Positions 42,852-52,183 of a DNA stretch of 64,000 bases are shown piece after piece. Positions within the stretch are counted from its first letter, which is position 1. Each line of letters begins with the position of its first letter. The position numbers and the translations under genes are program-made. Below the pieces are notes generated by a model. The model was not told where the DNA came from. It was given only the letters and a program-made list of their open reading frames with translations, and ran no database searches. Origin of the DNA: Nitrospirota bacterium (GTDB lineage: Bacteria; Nitrospirota; UBA9217); contig CAVUCU010000001.1 of the NCBI GenBank assembly GCA_963740085.1, forward strand, positions 1,312,001 through 1,376,000, written 5' to 3'.

Positions 42852-45323
42852 ATGAACGTCAAAGACCCGGTTTGCGGAATGACCATAGGAGAAGAGGATG
42901 CGGCGGGTACATCCACTTACCAGGGGAAGACATACTACTTCTGCTCGACCTCGTGCAAGGAAAAGTTCGATCAGGACCCTGAAGTCTATGCAAAAGAAGA
43001 GGCGTTGGAAGGAAAACAACAGGCTGCAGGAACCTGCCCGACGTGCAGCAGGCCGCTGATCCCTGACGAACCGCATACGCATTCCGCCAAACCCGAGTGG
43101 ACCTGTCCCATGCACCCGGAGGTCCGTCAGCCCGGTTCCGGCGCCTGCCCCAAGTGCGGCATGGCGCTCGAACCCGTTGAACCTGCCCCTGCGTCAACAG
43201 CATCATCGAAAATCGAATGGACCTGCCCCATGCACCCGGAGATCGTGCGCGACAAAGCGGGGGCCTGCCCTAAATGCGGCATGGCGCTGGAGCAGAAGAC
43301 GGTTTCTCTTGACGAGGAGGAGAACCCGGAGCTGATCGACATGATCCGGAAGTTCAAGGTCGGCGTCGTTCTTACGATCCCGCTGGTCTATATCGCCATG
43401 GGGAGCATGGTCCCGGCCATCTCTCCGGACAAGTTCATACCCGTGGGGTGGCTGAAGTGGCTGGAACTGGTCCTGGCGACCCCCGTGGTCCTCTGGGGCG
43501 GCTGGTCGTTCTTTGTGCGCGGATGGCGGTCCATCGTTACCTGGAACCCCAACATGTTCACGCTCATCGGACTGGGCACGGGCGTCGCATACTCATACAG
43601 CGTTGTGGCGGCGCTGTTCCCCGGGATCTTTCCCGCGTCCTTTCGCGGCAAAGGCGGTGCAGTAGGGACCTACTTCGAGGCATCGGCGTCGATTACGACC
43701 CTGGTACTGATGGGCCAGGTACTCGAACTCCGCGCGCGCAGCAAGACGGGTACGGCCATCAAGGCCCTGCTCGGCCTTGCGCCCAAGACCGCGCGGCGCG
43801 TGAAAGACGGGACCGAGGAGGACGTACCGCTTGAACAGGTCCAGGCAGGCGATCAGCTGCGCGTGCGGCCCGGTGAAAAGGTGCCGGTAGACGGCGTGGT
43901 CATCGAAGGAACAAGCGCCATCGACGAATCCATGGTCACGGGCGAACCTATCCCGGTGGAAAAAAATGCCGGCGACCGCGTTGTCGGCGCTACCGTGAAC
44001 GGTACAGGCTCGTTTGTCATGAAGGCAGAGAAGGTCGGTTCCGAGACGCTGCTTGCGCAGATCGTTCATATGGTGGCTCAGGCCCAGCGCAGCCGGGCGC
44101 CCATCCAGAAGCTCGCGGATATCATTGCGGGTTATTTTGTGCAGATCGTGGTCTCGATCGCAGTCCTTACGTTCCTGGTGTGGGCCTGGGTCGGGCCCGA
44201 GCCCCGCTTCGTCTATGGGCTCGTGAATGCGGTTGCGGTGCTGATCATCGCCTGTCCGTGCGCCCTGGGGCTCGCGACGCCCGTGTCCATTATGGTGGCC
44301 ATGGGCAAAGGCGCCAATGGAGGCGTGCTGTTCAAGAACGCCGAGGCCATCGAGCTGATGCGGAAAGTGGACACGCTCGTGGTCGACAAGACCGGAACGC
44401 TCACCGAAGGCAAGCCGAAATTGACTGAAGTGGCGTCGAATGACGGATACGACGAGAAATCGATACTTTTGTACGCTTCGAGCATCGAGCAGGGCAGCGA
44501 GCATCCCCTTGCGGCGGCTATCGTAGAAGGCGCGAAGGGAAAAGGCGTAACCCCGAAAAAGGCAGAGGACTTCAAGTCCAGGACCGGTAAAGGCGTTACC
44601 GGGAAAGTGGACGGTCATGATGTCGCGCTCGGCAACCAGGCCCTTCTCGATGAGCTGAACATAGACCCCGGTGGATTATCCGGAAAGGCCGAGGAACTGA
44701 GAAAGGACGGACAGACCGTCATGTTCGTTGCCGTGGACGGAAAGGCTGCCGGGCTCCTGGGGGTGGCCGATCCGATCAAGGGAACTACGGCCGAAGCGAT
44801 CAAACAGCTTCACGAGGAAGGCGTCAGGATCGTTATGATCACGGGCGACAACAAGACCACGGCTGAGGCGGTCTCGAAAAAACTGGGGCTCGACGAGGTG
44901 ATCGCGGGCGTGCTGCCAGACCAGAAGGTCGAAGCGGTGAAGCGCCTGCAGGGCGAAGGACGCTTCGTTGCCATGGCCGGCGACGGCATCAACGACGCCC
45001 CTGCCCTTGCCCAGGCCCAGGTGGGCATTGCCATGGGCACGGGTACGGACGTGGCAATGAAGAGCGCGGGCGTGACGCTCGTAAAGGGCGACCTTCGCGG
45101 TATCCTGCGCGCACGGCTCCTCTCCCGGGCCACGATGAAGAACATCAAGCAGAACCTGTTCTTTGCCTTTGTCTACAATGCCATCGGCATTCCCGTTGCC
45201 GCCGGCGTGCTGTACCCGTTCTTCGGCATCCTGCTCAGTCCCATTTTTGCCGCGGCGGCGATGAGTTTCAGCTCGGTATCGGTGATCGGAAACGCCTTGA
45301 GACTTCGAAGGGCAAAAATCTGA
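42852..45323 (+). CDS. copA: Cu(I)/Ag(I)-translocating P1B-type ATPase
   Basis: YHS domain + two CPMHP..CPKCGM domains; TGE, CPC, DKTGT, HP, GDGIND, YN and MSFSS. Confidence 0.95.
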   Translation: MNVKDPVCGMTIGEEDAAGTSTYQGKTYYFCSTSCKEKFDQDPEVYAKEEALEGKQQAAGTCPTCSRPLIPDEPHTHSAKPEWTCPMHPEVRQPGSGACPKCGMALEPVEPAPASTASSKIEWTCPMHPEIVRDKAGACPKCGMALEQKTVSLDEEENPELIDMIRKFKVGVVLTIPLVYIAMGSMVPAISPDKFIPVGWLKWLELVLATPVVLWGGWSFFVRGWRSIVTWNPNMFTLIGLGTGVAYSYSVVAALFPGIFPASFRGKGGAVGTYFEASASITTLVLMGQVLELRARSKTGTAIKALLGLAPKTARRVKDGTEEDVPLEQVQAGDQLRVRPGEKVPVDGVVIEGTSAIDESMVTGEPIPVEKNAGDRVVGATVNGTGSFVMKAEKVGSETLLAQIVHMVAQAQRSRAPIQKLADIIAGYFVQIVVSIAVLTFLVWAWVGPEPRFVYGLVNAVAVLIIACPCALGLATPVSIMVAMGKGANGGVLFKNAEAIELMRKVDTLVVDKTGTLTEGKPKLTEVASNDGYDEKSILLYASSIEQGSEHPLAAAIVEGAKGKGVTPKKAEDFKSRTGKGVTGKVDGHDVALGNQALLDELNIDPGGLSGKAEELRKDGQTVMFVAVDGKAAGLLGVADPIKGTTAEAIKQLHEEGVRIVMITGDNKTTAEAVSKKLGLDEVIAGVLPDQKVEAVKRLQGEGRFVAMAGDGINDAPALAQAQVGIAMGTGTDVAMKSAGVTLVKGDLRGILRARLLSRATMKNIKQNLFFAFVYNAIGIPVAAGVLYPFFGILLSPIFAAAAMSFSSVSVIGNALRLRRAKI

Positions 45324-45361
45324 ATGCGCTGGAAATAATATCAATCGAGAGGAGGAAAACC

Positions 45362-45583
45362 ATGAAAAAGCGTCTACTCACAGCATCTGCAATTGTACTT
45401 ATGACAGCCACGGCTCATGCTCAGATGAGTGGTGGCCATAATGATGGAATGATGGGTGGTGGCCACGGTGATGGAATGATGGGTGGTAATTGGGGCTGGG
45501 GAATGGGCTATGGATGGGGTTTCGGGATCATTATCGTGATTCTCGTTGTTTTTGTTGTCGTTTATATGATGAAAAAAAAGTAA
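45362..45583 (+). CDS. Small Gly/Met/His-rich exported protein with C-terminal membrane anchor
   Basis: GAGGAGG RBS; signal ending AHA; (GGHxDGMMG)x2; [10 protein letters not shown] + TM + KKK. Confidence 0.8.
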   Translation: MKKRLLTASAIVLMTATAHAQMSGGHNDGMMGGGHGDGMMGGNWGWGMGYGWGFGIIIVILVVFVVVYMMKKK

Positions 45584-45632
45584 AAACCTGAAAGACATGA
45601 AACGCTCTGTTCCGCTGAGTCAAGGAGGGAGA

Positions 45633-45881
45633 ATGATTACTACCCTGGTGGTCGTACTGATTGCCGTCGCTGTTATCTTTTCAGTTCAGAACGCCTCGCC
45701 CGTCGCCCTTTCGTTCCTTTTCTGGCATTTCGAGGCATCACTTGCCATAGTTGTTTTGCTTACGCTGGTGATGGGGATGATCATCGGTATGGCCATACTA
45801 TCCTGGTCGCGCGTAAAACGAACGATGCGAAAGAAAAAGGAACTTCCGGGAGATAGGACGGGGTCTTCAATGCCGTCGTGA
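45633..45881 (+). CDS. LapA/DUF1049 family small membrane protein
   Basis: IFSVQN...V.LSFLFW...SLA motif. Confidence 0.8.
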   Translation: MITTLVVVLIAVAVIFSVQNASPVALSFLFWHFEASLAIVVLLTLVMGMIIGMAILSWSRVKRTMRKKKELPGDRTGSSMPS

Positions 45882-45943
45882 CTGACCGATGCGGGTTCGT
45901 ACCGTGCCTTGCCTGGACGGTATCCCTGGAGAATTAATACAAG

Positions 45944-48499
45944 ATGAACCGCAAGGTCGTCAACACACTTGGCTCGTTTGCCGGATTGCTCCTTTTCCTC
46001 ATCGCCCTCTGGGTCCTGCACCATGTGCTTTCGGGGTATCACTACAGGGACCTCGCTGCGGGAGCACGCGCCGTTCCCGCACGACGTTTGTTTTTCGCAC
46101 TGCTGCTCACGGCCCTGAATTATTTCGTCCTGACCGGCTATGACTCCCTTGCGTTCCGTTACATCCACCGCACCCTCGCGTACAGCAAGATCGCCTTCGC
46201 GTCGTTCATCGGCTATGCCTTCAGCAACAATATCGGTTTGTCCATGCTTGCGGGCAGCTCGGTCCGCTACCGGTTGTACACGTCCTGGGGCCTCTCGGTA
46301 CTGGAGATCACGAAAATGGTGGCCTTTTACACCGCGACGCTCTGGCTCGGGCTCTTTTTCACGGGAGGTCTCGCCTTCGTGGCTGAACCGATCGCATTGC
46401 CGTCCCTGATGGATCTGCCCTTTACCTCGGCACGCCCGTTGGGTATTGTCTTCCTCATCATAGTGTTTGGATACATCGGCTTGAGCGCGATCCGCAGAAA
46501 GCCGTTCACGATCCTGAATCGCGAGATCGAACTCCCTTCGGCGCTCCTTTCCGTGACGCAGATCGCACTATCGTCCCTTGACTGGTTGCTTGCCGGATCA
46601 GTCCTCTATGTCCTCCTGCCGGAAGTTTCCGTGCTTACATTTCCGGGCTTTATCGGTATTTATCTTCTTGCCCAAGTAGCCGGTCTGGTGAGCCAGGTAC
46701 CCGGCGGACTGGGGGTGTTCGAGATAATCGTTCTCCTGCTTCTGCCTCCCGGGGTCCCGGCCCCCCGGGCAGTGGGAGCGCTTCTCCTCTATCGGGGCAT
46801 CTACTACCTGCTTCCGCTCATCATTGCGGCGGTGATGATGGGGATGTATGAGCTGGCTGCCGCGAGGTCGCCGGTCAAGGGTCTGGTCAGGTTCATGGGC
46901 CAGGAGATATCGGCCATTGCTCCCCGGGTGCTGTCGATCATCATTTTCGTGGGTGGCGCGTTGCTCTTGTTTTCGGGAGCGACGCCCGAGTTTCCTTCAC
47001 GGCTGGAGTGGCTTACGGACATCCTCCCCTTGCCTTTTCTGGAGGTATCACACTTTCTCGGCAGTCTTGCCGGCGTGGCTCTGCTGCTCCTGGCGCGCGG
47101 CATCCAGCGCAGGCTGGACGCAGCATATAATCTCACGCTTGTCCTGCTCGGAGCAGGCATCCTGTTCTCCCTGGTCAAGGGATTCGATTACGAAGAGGCC
47201 TTTATCCTGGCCATCATGCTCGGCGCGCTTCTCCCGAGCAGGAGGTTCTTTTATCGCCGCGCGTCGCTCCTGAGCCAGGGCTTTTCCGCGGGATGGATCA
47301 TGTCCATCGTGGCAGTCCTCGCCGGCTCTGTCTGGCTGGGGTTTTTCTCCTATCGTCACCTCGAATACTCCCAAAGATTATGGTGGCAATTCACCCTTGA
47401 TGGCGATGCGCCGCGGTTCCTGCGTGCCACGGTCGGGGTGATGACGCTCACCGTGATCCTGGGCGCGGTGCGGCTCCTCCGGCCGGCGCTGCGGGAACCG
47501 CCGACGATCGGCAGCGACGATAGAAAGCAAGTCCGTTCCATTGTCTCGGCCAGCACGGACACGACGGCGAACCTGGCGCTGTTGGGGGATAAAAGGTTTC
47601 TGTTCAGTGAAAGCGGGAAATCATTCATTATGTATGACATCGAGGGAAGGAGCTGGGTCGCCATGGGGGACCCGGTAGGACCCGAGGAAGAACGAAAGGA
47701 TCTGGGCTGGCGCTTCCGGGAGATGTGCGACCGCGATGGCGGATGGCCGGTCTTTTACGAAGTCGGGAAGGAAAACCTCTATCTGTATATCGATCTTGGA
47801 CTTACGCCCCTCAAGCTCGGCGAAGAGGCGAGAGTGCCACTCATGAATTTCTCCCTTGAAGGCAAGGGCCGGAAAGATCTGCGCTATGCGCATATGCGCG
47901 CTGCGCGCGAAGGTGCGGTGTTTTCGGTCGTGCCCGCGGCCGGCGTTCCGCCGCTCCTGCCCGAGCTCAGGAAGATTTCCGAGGCCTGGCTTGCGGCAAA
48001 GAACACGCGAGAGAAGCGGTTCTCCCTGGGGTATTTCAATGAGATCTATCTGCGGGAGTTCCCCGTGGCCGTTGTCAGGAGAGATGGTCACATCATAGCG
48101 TTTTCCAATATCTGGCAGGGAGCGGCCCGGGAAGAGCTCTCCATCGACCTCATGCGTCACGTCCCCGGCACGCCGGGCGGGCTCATGGAATTCCTCTTTG
48201 TAGAGCTGATGCTTTGGGGAAAAGAGCAAGGTTATCGCCGCTTCAACCTCGGCATAGCGCCGCTCGCGGGCCTCGAGGACCGGGCCCTTGCTCCTCTCTG
48301 GAACCGCCTGGGAGCCCAGCTCTTTCGTCACGGAGAGCATTTCTACAACTTCAAAGGACTGCGGCAGTTCAAGGAGCATTTCGACCCGGAGTGGGAGCCG
48401 AAATATCTCGTCTTTCCCCGGGGCTTTCTCCTGCCGCGCATTCTGGCGAACCTCGCCTCTCTTATATCCGGAGGTTTTACCGGGGTAATCAAAAAATGA
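45944..48499 (+). CDS. mprF: Bifunctional aminoacyl-phosphatidylglycerol synthase/flippase
   Basis: GSSVRYRLY, PGGLGVFE, MGDPVG, KLGEEA, SIDLMR, FYNFKGLRQFK..F.P.WEPKYL. Confidence 0.94.
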   Translation: MNRKVVNTLGSFAGLLLFLIALWVLHHVLSGYHYRDLAAGARAVPARRLFFALLLTALNYFVLTGYDSLAFRYIHRTLAYSKIAFASFIGYAFSNNIGLSMLAGSSVRYRLYTSWGLSVLEITKMVAFYTATLWLGLFFTGGLAFVAEPIALPSLMDLPFTSARPLGIVFLIIVFGYIGLSAIRRKPFTILNREIELPSALLSVTQIALSSLDWLLAGSVLYVLLPEVSVLTFPGFIGIYLLAQVAGLVSQVPGGLGVFEIIVLLLLPPGVPAPRAVGALLLYRGIYYLLPLIIAAVMMGMYELAAARSPVKGLVRFMGQEISAIAPRVLSIIIFVGGALLLFSGATPEFPSRLEWLTDILPLPFLEVSHFLGSLAGVALLLLARGIQRRLDAAYNLTLVLLGAGILFSLVKGFDYEEAFILAIMLGALLPSRRFFYRRASLLSQGFSAGWIMSIVAVLAGSVWLGFFSYRHLEYSQRLWWQFTLDGDAPRFLRATVGVMTLTVILGAVRLLRPALREPPTIGSDDRKQVRSIVSASTDTTANLALLGDKRFLFSESGKSFIMYDIEGRSWVAMGDPVGPEEERKDLGWRFREMCDRDGGWPVFYEVGKENLYLYIDLGLTPLKLGEEARVPLMNFSLEGKGRKDLRYAHMRAAREGAVFSVVPAAGVPPLLPELRKISEAWLAAKNTREKRFSLGYFNEIYLREFPVAVVRRDGHIIAFSNIWQGAAREELSIDLMRHVPGTPGGLMEFLFVELMLWGKEQGYRRFNLGIAPLAGLEDRALAPLWNRLGAQLFRHGEHFYNFKGLRQFKEHFDPEWEPKYLVFPRGFLLPRILANLASLISGGFTGVIKK

Positions 48500-49902
48500 G
48501 ACGATCGTCCCCCCATTTCATCGTGATCGCGGCCCTTCTCCTGCTCTTCTGCAACGGCGTCTCCGCCGGCGAGGAGTCCTTTGCTTTCGGCCCGTTCGGG
48601 AGGGTCTTCCTTTACGGCTGGCAGACGAAACCATCGACGGTTGTGCTCCTTATTTCCGGTGACGGTGGATGGAACAAGGGTGTCGTCGACATGGCGCGTG
48701 AGCTCAGCAGTCTGGGTTCGGTCGTCGTGGGCGTGGATATCACGCGCTATCTCAAAAGCCTTTCATCGTCGAGCGGAACGTGCTCGTACCCGGCGGCTGA
48801 TTTTGAGACGTTGAGCAAATACGTGCAGAAGAAGCTGAATTACCCGTACTATACGCTTCCCATTCTCGTTGGCTATTCGTCCGGGGCCGCGCTGGTCTAT
48901 GCCGTGCTGGCGCAAGCGCCTCCGAACACCTTCCGGGGCGGCATCAGCATGGGGTTCTGTCCCGAGCTGAAACTTCGCAAGCCGCTCTGCAGGGGACAGG
49001 GACTCGACGCAAAACCGGGGATTCCCGGAAAGGGAGCGTTATTCCTGCCGGACAGAAAACTTGAGACACCCTGGATCGTCTTGCAGGGAGCGATCGATGA
49101 AGTCTGCGGCGCGGACGGAGCGAGGTCCTTCGTACGCATGATACCCGAAGCTGACATCGTTACTTTGCCGAAGGTTGGACACGGGTTTTCTGTAAAGAGA
49201 AACTGGATGCCTGAATTTAAAAATACCTTTGAACGGTTGAAGAACGACAAAGAGGTCGCGAACACAATGAACACTTCCCTGAACGACCTGCCGATCGTCG
49301 AGGTCCCTGCACAGGAAGGATCTTCCGACTTCTTCGCGGTCATCATCTCCGGCGATGGAGGATGGGCGGGGCTGGACCGGGAGGTTGGGGACGCGCTTGC
49401 CCAGCACGGCGTCCCGGTGGTAGGATTGAACTCCCTCCGGTATTTCTGGACCAAACGCACCCCTGAAGGCGCTTCGGAAGACCTCGCCCGGATACTCCGG
49501 CATTATCAACATGCATGGAACAGGAATACTGTTGTACTTGTCGGCTATTCCCTGGGCGCGGACGTACTTCCCTTCATGGCAAATCGCCTGCCTGCCGGCC
49601 TGCTCGACCACGTGCGCGAGATCGTCCTCCTCGGTCCGGGCAGAAAAACAGAATTCGAATTTCATCTTTCGGACTGGCTGTCCGGCATGGAAGATGCTTC
49701 GGCAAAACCTCTTTTGCCTGAACTCGAAAAGCTGCGTGGGAAAAGAATGCTCTGTCTGTATGGTGCCGGGGAGAAGGACAGCCTCTGTCCCGAGTTGGGA
49801 CATGATCTGGCCGAATCGATGCGTATGCCCGGTGGACACCATTTCGGCGGGCAATACGAATCAATTGCAGGGATGATTCTTAAGAGAATTGAGGGCAAAT
49901 AA
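48496..49902 (+). CDS. acvB: AcvB/VirJ family aminoacyl-PG hydrolase
   Basis: Two SGDGGW motifs, GYSSGA, GYSLGAD, GGHHF; overlaps the mprF stop. Confidence 0.9.
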   Translation: MRRSSPHFIVIAALLLLFCNGVSAGEESFAFGPFGRVFLYGWQTKPSTVVLLISGDGGWNKGVVDMARELSSLGSVVVGVDITRYLKSLSSSSGTCSYPAADFETLSKYVQKKLNYPYYTLPILVGYSSGAALVYAVLAQAPPNTFRGGISMGFCPELKLRKPLCRGQGLDAKPGIPGKGALFLPDRKLETPWIVLQGAIDEVCGADGARSFVRMIPEADIVTLPKVGHGFSVKRNWMPEFKNTFERLKNDKEVANTMNTSLNDLPIVEVPAQEGSSDFFAVIISGDGGWAGLDREVGDALAQHGVPVVGLNSLRYFWTKRTPEGASEDLARILRHYQHAWNRNTVVLVGYSLGADVLPFMANRLPAGLLDHVREIVLLGPGRKTEFEFHLSDWLSGMEDASAKPLLPELEKLRGKRMLCLYGAGEKDSLCPELGHDLAESMRMPGGHHFGGQYESIAGMILKRIEGK

Positions 49903-49948
49903 GGATATTCTCAACTTCTCCGTGGCAAGAAAGAGAGGGGCCGCATCA

Positions 49949-51199
49949 ATGAAGAAGATCGGGGGATTTGCTTACTGGCTGCTGCCGCTGCTGTTGGGAG
50001 TCATGATCGGTATCGGTTTCAACCGCATGATACTCTTTGATCCCGTGCCGTCCGCCGATATCCCGAGCTCGGCGACCCGGGACTTTCAGTTGATGGCCGA
50101 AGCCTGGAACTCGATCGAGCAGCAGTATGTCGACCGATCCGCCGTGCAACCGCGCGTGATGACCTACGGCGCCATCAGCGGCATGGTGGATTCCCTGGGT
50201 GACACGGGTCATAGCGTATTTTTGACCCCCGAAATGGTGCGGACGTTGAGCGGCGTGGAGCGCGGCGAATTTGCCGGCATCGGCGCCGAACTCCGGATGA
50301 AAAATAACCGGGCGGTCATCGTCGCGCCCATGGACGGCACACCGGCGCAAAAAGCCGGTCTTCGTCCCGGCGACATCATCATTCGGGTGGACGGCCGGAA
50401 TGTGGAGGGCCTGCCGTTGCCGGAGGTTGTGGATAAAATAACCGGCCCCGCGGGCACGCGGGTGTCGCTGACACTGAAAGACCCGGCAACGGGGAAAGAG
50501 CGCGTAGTCGAGATCACCCGTGCGAACATATCGATCCAAAGCGTGACCTGGAACAGGCTCCCCGGCACAGATACAGCCCATGTACGGATCTCGCTCTTCA
50601 GCAAGGGAACATCCGATGCCCTGGAAAAAGCAATTGTCGAAATCGAACGGAGCGGGGCCACCGGACTGGTCCTCGATCTCCGGAACGATCCGGGTGGTCT
50701 TCTGGATATGGCGGTGGGCGTGGCGAGTCAATTCCTGAAAGAAGGAGACGCGCTGCGGGAAAAAGACGCAAAAGGAAAGGTCCGGCACGTACGAATTGAA
50801 CCTGGTATCAGGAAAAGCGTCCTTCCTCTTGTGGTTCTCATAAATTCCGGGACCGCCAGCGCTGCTGAGATCGTTGCCGGCGCGCTCCAGGATTCAAAGT
50901 GCGCGACCTTGGTGGGAGAAACCACCTTCGGCACCGGTACGGTCCTGAAAACGATCCCGCTCTCCGACGGATCGGCCCTGCAGCTCGCTATTCTGGAATG
51001 GCTTACCCCGAAGGGCCGCGCTATCTGGCATAAAGGCATCACGCCCGATGTCGTGGTTTCTCTTCCTGCTGAAGCAGGTCCGCTGGTTCCCGAAGCTGAG
51101 CAAGGCATGACCGCGGCGGAACTGCGGACGAGCAAAGACACTCAGTTGCTACGCGCTCTCGACATCTTGCGAAACAGGCCGCCGTCTCGGTGCATATGA
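49949..51199 (+). CDS. S41 C-terminal processing peptidase (CtpA-like)
   Basis: GIGA PDZ, DLRNDPGG, TASAAEI, GETTFG.G, GITPD. Confidence 0.92.
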   Translation: MKKIGGFAYWLLPLLLGVMIGIGFNRMILFDPVPSADIPSSATRDFQLMAEAWNSIEQQYVDRSAVQPRVMTYGAISGMVDSLGDTGHSVFLTPEMVRTLSGVERGEFAGIGAELRMKNNRAVIVAPMDGTPAQKAGLRPGDIIIRVDGRNVEGLPLPEVVDKITGPAGTRVSLTLKDPATGKERVVEITRANISIQSVTWNRLPGTDTAHVRISLFSKGTSDALEKAIVEIERSGATGLVLDLRNDPGGLLDMAVGVASQFLKEGDALREKDAKGKVRHVRIEPGIRKSVLPLVVLINSGTASAAEIVAGALQDSKCATLVGETTFGTGTVLKTIPLSDGSALQLAILEWLTPKGRAIWHKGITPDVVVSLPAEAGPLVPEAEQGMTAAELRTSKDTQLLRALDILRNRPPSRCI

Positions 51200-51212
51200 T
51201 CCAATCACTGAT

Positions 51213-51977
51213 TTAATCGTCGGGTGCGAACAGAGAATCAGGCAGCGGCGGATTCACACGGTACTCGGTGATGCGGACTTCCCCGATCCGTTGTCCCCCG
51301 GCGTAGTTCACGATCCGGAAAGGGAAAATCCGTCCGTTCACCTTCCTGAAGTCATGAAATTCCGACGACAGTTCCGTAACCGCGCCGTTCATCGAGAAAT
51401 CCCCGGAATCCTTGACGATCCTGCGGCTCTTCCTGTCGATGAATAACTTCATGGGTGGACCTTCACTGTCCCTGAGCAGCAGTATCCTCACCAGCCTGCC
51501 GTTTACCGTGCCTTTGCCTCCGTCAATGATCGAGAATGACGAGGTCATCAGCTGATGGGGCATGGTTAGCTCTTTGAATTGGTATGCCATGGAAAGAAGG
51601 CGCGAACCGGAAACCGCAATCAGCGGAGAACCGGTTGTCCGGTAATACCCCCGCTTTCCGTTCAGGATCCTGAGCTCAAGGGAGTCATCCGAGCGGATTT
51701 CCACGCGAAGTTTTCTGTCCCGCTTGAGTGCAAGTGAGTATTCCGCCGGTCTCTCGTACAAGGGCGACTCAAGCACGCCCCGTGCGGACAGGGAATGCAG
51801 GTTCTCCAGTACTGCCGGTCCCCCGTAGGCGTCGATGGTCTGTCGCACGAGGGTCCCGATCATCGGCGAAGAGCGGGGCGCTTCTTGCTGCGCGAAACCG
51901 GGATCCCCGCCAAAAAGCAGCGCCGTTGCCAGGAGAAGGGGAAAGACGTTTACAAGAGTGAAGAAAACGACGCGCAT
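51213..51977 (-). CDS. Hypothetical exported protein
   Basis: Signal-like hydrophobic start, IDAYGG, beta-rich C-terminus (DFRKVNG..FP, VNPPLPDSLF); start uncertain. Confidence 0.65.
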   Translation of the reverse strand: MRVVFFTLVNVFPLLLATALLFGGDPGFAQQEAPRSSPMIGTLVRQTIDAYGGPAVLENLHSLSARGVLESPLYERPAEYSLALKRDRKLRVEIRSDDSLELRILNGKRGYYRTTGSPLIAVSGSRLLSMAYQFKELTMPHQLMTSSFSIIDGGKGTVNGRLVRILLLRDSEGPPMKLFIDRKSRRIVKDSGDFSMNGAVTELSSEFHDFRKVNGRIFPFRIVNYAGGQRIGEVRITEYRVNPPLPDSLFAPDD

Positions 51978-52183
51978 CGACAACCTCGGATCCAGCGTTC
52001 GAAACCATGCCCTTGACGTAGCGCAGCACGGGTACGAATCGTCATTGCATCTCATCGACAGAAAACACTTCTGTGCTCGCAAACTGCGATGGGTCCGTCT
52101 TTCTACGGCATCCCCCTGCCGCATGATCTCTCGAGGACCTGACCACGCACTCTTCGGGGAAAGTATTTCAGAGCAGGGCTTAC

